In this document: positions 22,305 through 35,874 of the stretch, one piece after another | How positions within the stretch are numbered: the first letter of the stretch is position 1 | How the letters are laid out: every line of letters starts with the position of its first letter | DNA from: Catajapyx aquilonaris | Lineage: Eukaryota | Assembly (NCBI GenBank): GCA_000934665.2 | Contig: JYFJ02002037.1 | Coordinates: forward strand, 1 to 64,000 | Length of the DNA: 64,000 nt | Direction of reading: 5' to 3' | The notes under the pieces: model-generated | What the model was told of the DNA's origin: nothing | The model's input: the letters and a program-made list of their open reading frames with translations, nothing else | Databases searched by the model: none | Made by a program: the position numbers and the translations under genes

Positions 22305-25300
22305 ATGTCTAGTTCGGAGGGCGACTTTGAGAGTGCGGATGAGGGAGAAGAAGCCCTTGTTGCTGCACATGCTGGAGGAGGCGAAGGCGAAGAATGCCAT
22401 GGGAAGGAAGACCATGGAAAGAAACCTGGAGAGGAGGAACCATACGTGGATGAACCATATGAGGTAGCATCAGAGCAGGTTCGAGATGATGTAAATTTAG
22501 GAGCGGTAGCTGATAAAGAGTGTGGACCCGAAAAATTGAAGGCAGAAGAGCAGGTTGAGAAAGTCTCGACACCATTGGAGTGCAGCAGCGTTGAAGAGCA
22601 TCTGCTGATATGTTCTCAGTCTGAGGTTATGCATGGAGAAGAAACTCATGTCCCTCCGGTAAAATCTGCTAGTGAGTCTCCTGAGAAGAAGAAGACTGGG
22701 CCAACTAGACGTGCCAAGCAGGAACATAAGCCAAAGAATCCTGGCCCCATGAAACTTGGGACACGTATACCTAAAGAAAAGCTGGAGCAGATGGAGAAAG
22801 AGGAAGCTGTTTCAGAACCAGATGTGATTCCAGAACCAGATGTGATTCCAGGACCAGAGGATCACGCAGACCCAGACGTGTGTAAGGCGTCCGTACCAGA
22901 GAGCATTGTGGAGCCACCCTTGGAATCGATTTTAGACAGACTGGAGGACAAGAAGGCTGCCCAAGATGTAATAATAGCATGGGTTTGAACAGGAGGTCCA
23001 GAGTGAGGTTTAGAAATATTGCTACAACTAGTTCTTGTTACTATACTAAGGCCATGTTGCACTGGCTCCCGAAAAATTTGTGTGGCTCTTCTTCGGCGAA
23101 ACAAATTTTCCAGAAGCCGGTGCAACCCAGCCTAAAAGTGCTGCTTAATTTGTGATTGAAAATTGTTGGCATAATTGCAAAATTCAGCTTATGATGTGTG
23201 TGATTGGCAACTGAAGTGAATGCACCTGGACCACCTATAAAGTTCTAAACATGAAATCCGTTGTCTTTAAAATAATTGGTTGTGTTACTGCAGAGTGGTG
23301 GTGGTGGATGGAGTGCCTGGGGGAATTGGGGCACGAGTTTCATATCAACAGCTACTACAGGAGTGTCGACATTCACCACCCACGTCTCTCAGGGAATTGG
23401 TGCTGTCATAGACACTGTTGAGTCAGGTGTTGTGGGTGCTCCTCCACCTGAGGAACTGGCCAGGCAGATGGAAAGTGAACATGATCAACAGCCTGTGGCA
23501 ACTTCGACCTCAGATCCTACTGACCCTTCTGGTAAGTAGGGTGTAATCTTAAAGGGTTGTAGGATTGGCAAAAATATCTTTATTTTAAATTTAATGCTAA
23601 CATCATATTTTGAATCAATGATTTTTTTCTGGTTTTTTGAGCCCAACTTGCTGAAATACAGTACCTATCAGAAGAATATCCTGATATTTTCTCTAGATTG
23701 TAAAAAGATGCCAAAATAGTGTTCATTTATTGATGGTCCTTCATGGTAATGCCTTGCTTCCAGATCAATCATCTTCAAGTGGGTCGCGGTTCTCGATTGG
23801 AAACATCTTGCGTGCAGTGGAAGGAACTAGTAGCAAGGTTCTATCTGGCGGGTTGGATACATTAGAGTTAATTGGACGCAAAACTATGGATGTACTGCAG
23901 GAGGGAGACCCTCAGTTGAGGAAAAAAAGGGCATTGCTGATGCATTCATCAGGAAGTCCTGTGCTCTCACAAGTGCTCCGAGAAGCTAAAGAAGCTGCGG
24001 AAAAAGAACAGGCCAGGGAGTTATCTGACAGGTGCGTCTATTACTACAATTTTATGGAGCATAAGTGTAAAAGTTTAAGTATCATTGTGATAAATCAGAG
24101 TTGAAGAGGTGGAATTCAATTTGACCAAGTGTCAAATTGTCCCTTGTGACATGTCATGAGTGATTCCATCAAGCAGGAGAATTGTACAGGAGTTTTTGAA
24201 AAATGTGCCATGGGTAAGAAGCTTGTAACATATTGAGAGAACCTGTAGGTGTATATATGTCTTGGCGAATTATTGTGATTAACTTCCTGCTCCGTCTCAT
24301 CCTCCCTGCTCCCTCCAGCCAGGCCTACTCCCAGAAGTTGTTCACCAATAGTATTCAAAATCTCGAAGAGAGTTTTGCATTGATATTCTCATCCAGTAGG
24401 TAAAAGGGAGGCTGGTTGCCTTCTTACAAGGGAACGACCAAGGTCACTCGCCTCCGATTTGGTTGAAACTTGCTTGAGGGGTCACTCGTGTGCGATAGAC
24501 ACAGTGGTGGAAGACTCGGAAATGGCTATACAGTGGCATCTAGGACTTTTACCACTGTGTCTATCGCACGAGTGACCCCTCAAGCGAGTTTCAACTGAAT
24601 CGGAGGGGACCGACCTTGGTCGTTCTCCTGTTAGAGCTGCCTGGAACAGAGGGAGGGATATTGTATGGTGAGGGGAGTGTGCCACCAAAGCTATGTTTGT
24701 ATGGATTCATGGGTTTTACTTTCCTCCCCTACATGCTGTTTCACCCTCTCTTCCATCTGTCTTAGAGCTGAATTAAAATGTGTTCACTTCATTATGGCAC
24801 ATTTTATAATTATCCAGCATTGATCTGCTGAATTTCAGGAGTAAATAGTCAAAATGCCTCTGCAAACACCATTTCAGAGAACACGCTTCTTCTACCTGCA
24901 GAGGGAACAGTGTTAAACTACCCCCATTCCACAAAATGCGGGGGAAACTTATGCCCCTACGTGGGCTTGTATAAAAATCTCAACTAATTGGAATCGCTCA
25001 AATAACTTGTTTAAGTTAGTGATGAGAACGTTTTTTAAAGCACTCAATATTTCTTCGGAATGTGAAAGTCAGTCACTCTGTTTATCCTGCATTGAAAGAA
25101 ATGGATAGTTTCCAGATGAGTGTCATTTTCTTCAAGTAAGGTGTAGCATATTCCTGGTTCCATCTGGTTCGTTATAAACAGGAATTCTTTATGTGCGGGA
25201 AATGCGATTTTATTCATTCTTTTCTCAGGAAATGAATGCCTTCGCTGTTACCATGCCTATAAACCATGTTAACCTGATCTGACCTGCCCATGTACCAAAT

Positions 25301-28300
25301 AGACCTCAAAAATATCACCTGAAGAACCCAAAACGACAGTGTATAACCAGGGTCATGGTTCACATAAACTGCCTCTCTGCAAGGTTGACATGGTTAACAC
25401 TTGCTCTGTTATCCATTGCTCCCATACTGCCAGCCTGATTTCGAGTCATCTTCATGTCCTATGCTCTCCATGCTTACCTGCCCTCACCACATAACTCGCC
25501 AGCCCCACCCTCCCTCCACCAGTCCACCCCGGCCGACTTCTCTCTTCCCAAACCAAACCTCAGCAGTCAGGGTAAACTTTATTTCCCATATACATCAATG
25601 ATGTGCCTTTCGACTTTAATATGCTGGATAAGTGTCTCTGGGGACCAGTGAAATCGAGTGGTATGTGCTGGAAAGCGTTAAAAGTGCACTATAAGTGGGG
25701 AAATTTACCATTGGCCCTTATGGGGCTGATCAAGGGACCAGAAGAAGAGGGCAATAAAAGCAGGGGATAGTGTTACGTGCGGGAGCGTTATATCAAGGTC
25801 TTACTGTATTTCAATGTTACCTTGCATGTGAGAGAAGCTTGTATCTATGTTGGCCTCTTATGAAGTACTTTTGGTAACAGTTCTTCAAATCCACAGCCCT
25901 GACTCGACAAAGCTGTGCAACACACCCAGTTTTAGTCGTCTCTTTGATGAATACCACGGGTTGGTCCATCTGGAAGCCCTCGAAATGTTGTCCAGGGAAT
26001 GTGACACGAAGCGTGAGGCTTGCCTGTTACATCTCGCCCGAGAAGAGTTACTTTTTGCGATGGCAGCGATGTCTGGGCTTCAGAGTGCGTGTCAGATTGA
26101 TGAGGATGTGGAGCCAGATGCAGAGAATCAAGATTTTGCCAAAGTTGCTTCAGATCTGGTAGCTGAATTAGGGATTTCTGGAGTGAGTGGCACCAGATTA
26201 ATAGAAGTCCAGTCAGAGGTTGTTAATTCTCTTGAGGAAGCTAAAAAGGATGACGGCCTGGAGATGGAAGATATTGAGAAGGTTGCTATAGAGTCTCTGG
26301 CTAAGATCACAGCAGCAGCTGTCGAATTCTATCACCGCAGCGCTGAGATGATGCTAGTTGAAGAGGAAAAGGAAGCATCGGCTTGGGTAAAGACACTGCG
26401 AAGGTATGTTGAAAACTACTTCAACTCTCGGCATTTTTGCGATAGAGCGGACATGAAGCGACGATTATTTTTTTCGTTGAATACCGCATTTGATCACACC
26501 AATCGGATGCTCAACATCTCTACTAAACATTGCCAACCTTAAAATTGGCCAGTGTTGCTGTTCTTTGGCACCAGCTGCTCATACGTTCAACTGTGCGCGC
26601 CAAAGGCCTTTTGGTGTCTGGGGACACGCGCGGCTTTTGGCGCCTCTGTAAGCATTGCCATTCATTCGATCACTTCTCAAGTGTGTCTGTTGGATGCAGC
26701 TTGATGTCCTCTTTCGATTGGTGTGCTTAAATTGTCGGAGGGTGATCTCTGTGTGCTTCAGTTTCAGTAACTAACCAGAGTCATCCGAAAGCTTTGGTTC
26801 GTTACCAAAAATTACAAAAAATTCCTGTACACATCTTATGCTAATGATTTGGAGCGTCAAACTTGGAAACCTCTGTGGGAGTCGCGTAATACAGCAGTGT
26901 GCAAAGATTCAGCCCAATTCCATACCTCCATGTATTTATTTGGACGGTAACGAACCAAGCCATTTTCCTGCCGCCGAGCGTGCTCCCTCCGATCTCGGCT
27001 CAGATAATAAGCAAATCCACGCCCAATAATGCAGAAATTTTTATGTAATGGTTTTCAATGGCGCTGATTTCAGATCCGATGTCAGAAATTCAAAAATCAA
27101 AATGGTTGATCCAATATGGCAGACAGCATGTGCAGAGAATTGGACAGATATACAGTATTAGCGTCAAAATTAGTTTACGGCGGCTTTAGATTTCAAATTC
27201 AACGTAAAAAAGTTACAAATCAAAGTGGCGCGATGTGTTATCAGGATATGTCCTGATGCTACCGCCGATTTTATTGGGAGGAAGGGGGACAGATGCAGCT
27301 CTTCAATAGTTCTTATTTATGATGCTGAAAACAAATTTTCACGAATCCTTCATGTTATAAACAGTTGCCTCTATTTACAATGCCACTGCAAGATGGGTGG
27401 TCCGGAAGTTAATTGTCTCTAGCGGTCAAGGTGGCAGGTGGCAGGTAGTGGCAGCTAGTCTTTGGTTCTTCTCAGTCATGAGAGCCTCCCGCTTTTTATA
27501 GGCCGTAAATCAAAAAATTTGCATTTATCTGAATTTTTGCAGGTCTGAATTTATTGGAAAATTGACTGAAATGACCCATTTTCAAATACCTTCATTTATA
27601 GGCTTAGTAAATTTTTATAGATGGTCACATTATAACTCCTTATACAGTCATGCATATGCATTACAATGTGGTGCAGCTAAAATGGCTGCTCTCAGAGGTC
27701 AGAGGTCAGAGGTTATAAATTTTTGAATAAACCATTATTAAAACGTTTTCCCCTCTAGTCAATTCATAACTTCATTGATGTGTCTGTGTCAGCCTGGTCC
27801 CCAAAGGCTGGTGTGTAGGCAGGCAGCACCCTTTTCATATACTAGGTTACATCCAACATACACAATCATCACGGCATAGTCCCATGATGAGGCATAGTCA
27901 GCGATGACCAGGTCATACGACCCAGCCATCTCAATCGACCAATACAGGAGAATCCTCTGATGACTGATCAGTGTCATGATGTGTCTCGTTTTAATTATGT
28001 ACGCCCTGAAGTGGTAAAACAGCTCACAAATACTACCCGTGAAAAGGTTCTGAACGGTGGAAAATCGCACGCCTTGGTTCGTTACTTTTTTTCTTGGTTC
28101 GTTACCGAGAGTTTTGTTGCGCTACGATGCAAAGAAAGCAGACACCGGTACGGCAAGGTGACCAATGGATTCCTCGCACTTTTCTTCTGTAGAGCATCTC
28201 TATACTGCCATCAAAACCACTTAGAATTCGCAGAGTTATTACGCAATGTAACCCGGTGCAGAAATGCGTGTCCTCGAAACTTTGGTTCGTTACCGTGTTT

Positions 28301-31300
28301 GTTCTCGCTCCTCGGGCGCTATCGAATGATATATTTTGTGTCGGATTTGTGGCAAAATTCAGCCCTCTGTACCTGGAACTCAATAGAAAAAAAAAGTATC
28401 CCCAAAGGTTTACCACAAGCATGGAAAATCACAATGAAAGTTGAAAAAAATCGTCCGAACCTTGGTTCGTTACCGCAAAAATGCCCCTCTTTCTTTCCTG
28501 ACAGCCATGGTACAGCTTAAATCAATTGGTGAAGGTCTTACTTGCACCTGCCTTGTTTCAGTACTTTCATTCCTCCACAGAGGTCTTACTACCCTTTTTT
28601 CACTGAAGGGAATGATTTTGCTCTTATTTCAGTTCTTTTTTAAACCCCTTTGCTACCAGCTATACCACCATCGCCTAGATTTTCTCATACACGTACTCTG
28701 ATGATAAGGACAAGATATTTTGCAAATAATAACAGCTATAGTGCTATACTTATCACACTTACACGTTTATGCTCTACAGTCTGCACTATGAATGTGTTGG
28801 AGACGATTTGCCTCTCCTAGAGGCCCCTAAAATGAGTTTCACAGAGATGGTCGTAAAAAGACTAAATTCGATGCTACTGGCCAACTGTTAGTCTGCTTTA
28901 ATTATGAAATAGCCTGTACATTAAAATATACGCAATATCTACATTCAGAATTAAATCAGCTTTAGAGTTAGCCGGTAATACAGGGTAGGGCAAAAGTCAT
29001 GGGCTGGTTTAAACGACTCAGCATGGCGTAAGTAACGAACGATTATATTTTAAAAAATTACACTACACAGAGAAAGATATGCCATTAATGGATCAAGGTC
29101 CAAAAAAGTCACTTCTTGAAAACAGCACCGGATAGATGTCCACCTTTGCGGGCAACACATATTCCTCCAAACGCGGGACGAAACCCTTCATAACACACTC
29201 CAGCACGTCCAGGGAAATGTTTCTCACGGCGTGTCTTATCTGATCCCTAAGATCAGCCAATGACTGAGGACGTGTGGCGAACACCGAACAAATAAAAAGT
29301 CAAGTGTTTCCTGGGAGGGTCATTTCGAGATTTGGCAACATTCCTTGGCCGTCGTGGTCGCCGGATTTGACCACCCCCGACTTCTTGTTGTGGGGGTACC
29401 TGAAGAGTTTGGTGTTCGCCACATGTCCTCAGTCATTGGCTGATCTTAAGGATCAGATAAGACACACCGTGAGAAACATTTCCCTGTACATGCTGGAGTG
29501 TGTTATGAAGGGTTTTGTCCGGCGTTTGGAGGAATATGTGTTGCCCGCAAAGGTGGATATCTATCTGGTGTTGTTTTCAAGAATTGACTCTTTTGGACCT
29601 TGATCCATAAATGGCATATATACAGGGTGGTCGGTAAATGGCGGACAAGCTTCAGGTAGCGAGATTCCTTGTGAAAAACCAGTATATGAAAGGGAAGGTC
29701 ATATTGCTCTACGAGGCCCGGTTAGGGCTCACGAGGTCTCCAAAGTTTGGACCAAATCATGACGTCACATCCGCCCGCAAAATTTAAACAATACCGTATC
29801 GCTACAGTACACGGTTTGTTGCCATGTTGACATCCCCCACATTTTCACCAAACAATGGAACCGTATCAACTCCCTCGGACGTTGCCAGGCACGCGGCGAC
29901 GACGATATGGCAATGCCTGGCAACGTCCCAGCCAGTTTATACGGTTCCATTGTTGTGTGGAAATGAGGGGGATGTCAACTTGGCAACCCCTGGCAACGCA
30001 CCGCGGACGGTAGCGATACGGTAGTGTTTGAATTTCGCGGGCTGATGTGACGTCATGATTGGGCCCAAACTTTGGAGACCTCGTGAGCCCTAACCAGGCC
30101 TCGTAGAGCAATATGACCTTCACTTCCATATACTGATTTTTCACAAGGAATCTTGCTACCTGAAGCTTGTCCGCCATTTACCGACCACCCTGTATAATCG
30201 TTCGTTACTTATGCCATGCTGCGTCATTTAAACCAGCCCATGACTTTTGCCCCACCCTGTACCTGGCTTTGGCGATATAGCAGGTAGCAAAGGGATTAAT
30301 AGTACAGTTGAATCTGGATATAACAGACTTCAAGAGGCGTGGAAAAAAGTGTTATAACCGAGGTCTGTTGTAGCCATATCATCACTTTTGCAACGAAAAC
30401 AGAGATTTCTGCTTTACATATGCCTGTAATGCGCACTACTTCATACAGATTAATGAAATCCATAAAAAATGCGGTTGGAATAGGTCCTACTGGCGCGTGA
30501 ATGGCGGGAGGATAGTAGTCAGCGGGGGCAGCAGGCTGAGTCGCAAAGGCAAGGATAAAGGATAGGCGTGTATCCGCTGAAGATAGGTCTGTATCCGCAA
30601 CGAAGGAAGGTTAGGCTTGGTTAGGTTAGGTTGGTACAGCATACCCCCTTCCAAAATCCAAAAAATCGATACTTGCATCCTTGCCTTTGCGACACAGCCA
30701 AGCTGCGCCCCGCCACCCTACTCACCCTGCTGCCTCCCGCACGCCAGTAAGGCCTACGCCTTCCAAAAATGCATTAGCTCACCCAAAAATTATGCAGAAC
30801 CAAAATATACAAAATTTTCTTCTGCTGTCTCCTTTTTGGAAATTTGATACCTGAAACACTATATTTTCCCACCGAGGGTCCAAGAAATGGTCTGTTATAC
30901 CCGAGGTGAGGTGAAAATGAGTCTGCTATATCAGGAGTAAAAATACACAGGGCCTTATGGAAGCATGCCAGGACCGGCCTTTATAACCGAAAGTCTGTTA
31001 TAGCCGAGGATGTTATATCTGGACTCAACGGTAGTAAGTACCATACGTTCACCCTAGAGCAGTGCAGTGGTGTAACATGGCCAACAATATTATTATAATG
31101 TGGCGAGTTGGTAAACAAGAATTGACCTTGCTGGGTGATGGAATCATGAACAAATGAAGTAATGACGGAAAAAATATTGGGGGGNGGGCGCAAGTGTAGC
31201 ATGTGGAAGAGTGGAACTGTTTGCTTTTGCACACATATCCGGACCGCCCTATTGCACATTCGGACCTTTGACGAATAGTTATTGAGTGGAAAAAATAAAA

Positions 31301-34151
31301 ACGTACTTTTTACTGGTTTTTAATTTTTTGCGGCGTTTTGAAGAGGAATTCAGTTTAGCGGTAAATCGTAGGAAATCACTTCATGATGTTGGGGATGTGT
31401 GTTCAAAATTTGGAAGCTCTACCTACGGCAGAACTTTAGTTAGGGCAAATAAAAAAAAACATAACAAGAAGAACAACATGCTGGAAAATTTCATTGTTGA
31501 AGTGCTATGCTATGGTCTTACTTAGGGGCTACCACCCCTAAAATGTTGCAACTGAAAGGTCCATAATGGCTAGTAATTTTTTTGTCTGTAAGCATCTTAT
31601 TATTGAGCAGTTACTTTGTCAATTATTTTTAGTGGTGGTACCTGTGGTTGAGAAGAATTAAATGTAACTTCTTAAAAAATGAGCAGCTTAGTGCCAAAAA
31701 ATTGCTTAACAACTGTGGACTTTTCAGTTGGAACACATGTATAGAGGTAAATTGCAAGGAGTTTTTGAATCATTGTCATGATAAAATTCCACAAGGATAC
31801 AAATACACTAATTATAACCTGTGGTCATTGACCCTGAGAGCCCGGCAAGTAAACGGCAGTTACTACCAAGAAAGCCATCAAACCTTTTCAGTAGTTTTAA
31901 AACTTTTTAGTGAAGTCCTTGTGACCCCAAAAACGATGTTACGACAAAAGATTATAATATTATAGGAAAGTCATACGTCAATGTTGAGCTGACTTGTGGC
32001 TTTTCAGAAAAAGAAAAAAAACGCAAATTTGGTGGTCATGTGACCATGGCGGCCAATTTGAATCTTCTGTCCCACATAGATGAAAAGCAATATTGAAACC
32101 CATATTTCTCAAATTAAAAATTATCAAAACTCAGCAAAATTTCTCTGAGTGATAGTCTATATCCGTAAGATACAAATTCGCTGAATAAATATAACATGAT
32201 TGAAACATTTTGGCATAACCAACACGAGCGAACCAGTGCAGCACCTGCACTGATATGAAAGTAGGGGGGAATGGGGGGGAAATCATATGCACAGTGGGCC
32301 TAGCGCACTGGCAAGCGGGAAAGCCAGAGTAACAGAGATGCTGCCCTTTGTTGTTTCAAAAAATTACCTTGGTTTGAATTCAGATGGACGAAGTTTTGGC
32401 AGGTCAGAGTCTGAGACATGTTGCCCTCGGTTATTAGAAATAATAACCATGCCTACTTTTCAAAAATAACCGTGCCTACATTTCATCCAGAAGCACATGG
32501 CATTGATCTAAAAACTAGAACAGCCACAAAACCGATGTATTGGTGTGCCGGCTTTCTCGCACATCTACCCTCAACCAATATATCGGTTTGCCAGTCGGTG
32601 AGGGTTAATCTGTCCAGAGGTGCATTGACATGTGGAATTTCATTCCAACTGAACTGACGTTTTCTCACTTTTTTAATTATGCTTGCATGTTTGTACGGGA
32701 GGGTGAGAGGGTGTTTTGCTGCTTCTCCAGCGCTTATGCATGGCCAAATCTGTTATTGCCTCCAACAATGAAATCTGAGCAACTGTCCAACACAAATGCA
32801 TCTTGTCACCTGTTGCATGAATTCCTGGGCTGGCAACAAGCCAAATGCCAAGTACCTATCCCCAGCAGTTTTCAAGATATGTTACAGGGTGTTGCTTACT
32901 ACCACATCTTCCAGCCAGCAGCATACTCATTGGCCCAAAACAAGTACAAAATGTAGGGGTGAGAAATGTCGAGGGACCAATCAGTAACTAGGTAGATGAC
33001 CAGACAGCACTGGTCTGCCCCAAGCACATGAAGCAACATACGTGGCACCTTTTTGTAGCGAGATTTCCTGGCAGGTGGACCTGTGCAGTACATAAGTCCA
33101 TCTGCCAGGGGATCTCCCTACTAAAGTGTCGTGTGTGTTGTTGCATGTGTCTATAGGGGCAGGCCAGTGCTTCTGATTGTCACTGATTGGTCCCTCGACA
33201 TTTCTCACCTCTACACTTTAGACTTGTTTTGGGCCAATTAGTATGCTGCTGGCCAGACATGATGGTAAGAATCTCCCTGTATGTCACTAGTGGTTTTAAC
33301 CTTTTTCCAAAGGCATAAAATGCCAGCTATTAAAAGACAAATATCTCGGCACTGGCTAGGAAAGGGAGAAAAACTTTACCAGGACACTTATGAAAGATCC
33401 CCGAACCATATCAATTCAACACATACTGTTGGAATCCAGTTTTGCTCGACTTACTTAGATGCATTCAAATAACTGCTAGAAACAGCCAAAAGACCTCAGG
33501 ATTGGGGAATATCTTAAAATAAATATAGCCTCCCATCGGAATTGTTTTAAAAATATCTCATATTAACTTTGTATATTATTTACCAATCTATTCCATTAAA
33601 AATATACCATACCTATGAACAAATTTTAATAAATATGTGCAAACGAACATTTACAAGCAAAAGTTGAAACAACCTAATTCTTGAGGACAAATGATTATGA
33701 GTAGCTAATCACAAGTAATGGTGTCAAGTGTACACTTGGATCCGGAGTGGTTAACCTCAGAAGAAACCTTTTTTCAGAACTCTCACCACTGAGAACAAAT
33801 GCTAAGTGTGAATGAGATCAGTGTAGGAAACTGAACACGTTTAAGGGGTCCTTCCCAGGGTCAAATTGACCCATGGATGAGACAAACATACCATCCATGC
33901 TGCAAGTAGCAAGTTAAATTGACCTTTTTGTATCTTACTCTCTTTTCAGCATGACTACCTTAATATGCAATGAGGTGTCGCTGGTATCAACCAACTTCTC
34001 ATTGCTGCTTACCACAAAGGATCCCGACAGTTCCAATTCACGGGTGACAAATGTCTACCTTGAGGCTTCAAATAGCAGCACGTATGTTCAAGAGGCATTC
34101 CAATTGCTGGCACCAGTGCTGCAATGGGTTCATCTCTCACAGTCTTCATAA
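22305..34151 (+). CDS. FAM114A2: FAM114A2/NOXP20-like protein (DUF719 family); join(22305..22967,23294..23531,23764..24031,25897..26403,33950..34151), 625 aa
   Basis: Family motifs GGWSAWGNWG, VLSGGLDTLELIGRKTMDVLQEGDP, LFDEYHGLVHLEALEMLS and C-terminal TNVYLEASNSSTYVQEAFQLLAPVLQ. All four introns are GT-AG with matching phases (0,1,2,2). Total 1878 nt. Confidence 0.92.
24427..24630. repeat. Palindromic MITE-like element in FAM114A2 intron 3
   Basis: Arms gaacgaccaaggtc..cttgaggggtcactcgtg..gcgatagacacagtggt and reverse complement. Confidence 0.75.
28981..30259. mobile_element. Internally deleted Tc1/mariner element with inverted-duplicated transposase 3' end
   Basis: TA TSD; TIR CAGGGT(A/G)GGGCAAAAGTCATGGGCTGG; coding remnant VFPGRVISRFGNIPWPSWSPDLTTPDFLLWGYLKSLVF on plus, mirrored on minus at 29093..29284; empty site in the paralogous block near 61045. 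Confidence 0.9.
29623..30192. mobile_element. Palindromic Tc1-like MITE nested in the 28981 element
   Basis: TA TSD; long TIRs CAGGGTGGTCGGTAAATGGCGGACAAGCTTCAGG. Confidence 0.88.
30305..31031. mobile_element. Tigger-like MITE (paralogous copy at about 60263..60992)
   Basis: Termini CAGTTGAATCTGGATATAAC / GTTATATCTGGACTCAACGG with TA flanks; internal TTATAACCGA repeats. Confidence 0.8.
30473..30764. mobile_element. MITE with GG termini and 8-bp TSD (Merlin- or MULE-like)
   Basis: TSD aaaaatgc (30465..30472, 30765..30772); TIR core taggtcctactggcg / cgccagtaaggccta; internal TTAGG repeats; absent from the paralogous block. Confidence 0.75.
31830..32343 (+). mobile_element. Old piggyBac-like element end, direct paralog of 63016..64000
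   Basis: Begins ttgaCCCTGAGAGCCCGGCAAGTAAA versus ttaaCCCTCAGAGCCCGGCAAGTAAA at 63016; collinear similarity for about 500 bp. Confidence 0.65.
32885..33279. mobile_element. Tc1-like MITE related to the 11644 element
   Basis: TA flanks; TIR shares ctcattggcccaaaacaagt..aaatgtagg..gagaaatgt with the 11644 TIR. Confidence 0.8.
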
Positions 34152-35874
34152 GATGTTCCAGATTTGCATTGTGATAATAAAAAGGAAGATTGGTGTTGAG
34201 AAAATCTTGCAATCTATTCATTCTTAACAAAGTTTGAATTTTAAGCCCTTCTGTCAAGTTAGGGGGCAAAATGCACACCCATGCAAGTTGCAATATGGGC
34301 ATGCCAGTGCTGCTGGTGACCTAGATCCCCCATTTGCCCTGCCAGGCTGCAATGACAGATGGGAAAGGGATGCTCATGATTGGTTTCTCCTCTTGATTGC
34401 AAAACTGCTTTTCTGTTGCATTTGCAATTTTTCCTTATTCAAAATTGCCAGTTAGCATTAGGAACCTGCCATGATTATTCAACCATGGCAGATAATACGC
34501 AATATCAAGATTTGCTTCCAGTCCATACTAAAACTGGCAGTAAATAACTATCAAAATAATATCATGGCGGGCAAAACAGATTATTGTGGTGCTTATTGTG
34601 GGTTTCTGTATCCGCAACATTTACTGTCCGTCTTGTGGCACCGCAGACCAAGGAACGTTATTGTGGCTTTGCCCACAGCGACGAATATGTCACGGGGGCG
34701 AAATTGTCTTGGGGGGGCCAATATGCAGGGGGCTAAAAGTCCGGGGGCGAAAAGTCTGAGACCCTCAGGAAGGTGTATCTCGTCTTCAGTGAGGTTCGTA
34801 ACTAGCTAATGTTTCTCAGGGAAATCTACTGTAAGAAAACGAGGGAAGAAATGTAGGGTTTGACAATATATTTATATATTTATAATATATATAATTATAT
34901 ATATAAAAAACAAGGTGCTACTTACAATGACTGTACATATGATACAAAAGTCAGCCTTCATCTTTTTCATACATTGATTTTTGATTGGCTGACCCATTAA
35001 GTCCACTATGGAAGAGCACTTTTTTCACTTTTTGCAGGAAAAACTTGCTTTGTTCCAAAGGATGCAACAATACTTGTGACACTAGTTCCCAAAGATGACC
35101 CTAATTTGTTGCATTAATGATAAAAAATACAAGCCTCTTACATTTTTTGGGTCGTTGAAATGGATCTGCATTTTTTGTGTTATTATGAATAAATATCCTT
35201 TCATACAATAAAAACATTGTAAGTCATCCAAACTCCTTGATTAACCTTCAAGGGTGAGACCACACTTTTAAACAATTTACCTTCAAAAAATGAAGGAAAT
35301 ATGTTCACAGACTTTTAAAAAGGCACTGCACTGGTTGGAATTATGGTCACATTGAAACTTTAAGGCAGGATGGGTAGAATGAGCAAAGTTGAACTCTGCA
35401 AAATCTCATTTTCCGTAAGTAGGAATGACAATTTACAAATTTTCCCAATATTTGTGGAAAGGTACTCTTTGGAGTGGTTAACACTGCTGGGAAAGGGGGG
35501 GGATTCAAACTTCCATTTAATAAAAACAACAGATCCAATGAATTTAAAATAATAATAATATTATAATAAACAAAAAAGATCCCTGAACTGTCAATGTTGA
35601 GTATTAGTCACAGTTTTTAAAATGAGCACAAAAAATTGTAACAGCTCCTATTTAAAATGGGTCCCTGATCAATCCATCTGACTCAACAAATCAATCGATC
35701 AGCTGAACTTTGACCCTGATCTGGTCTTCTTTACTGGCCATGTGCAAGAAAAAAAAACTGCATAAAAAGTCACTTGCTTGGCACATGGGAAATTTCTTTC
35801 TCCTTCCTGACAGTCAACTTCATTTTTTCAATTCCTATGGTAGTTTGGCCATTGCTAAGAGATCTGTCCACAGA

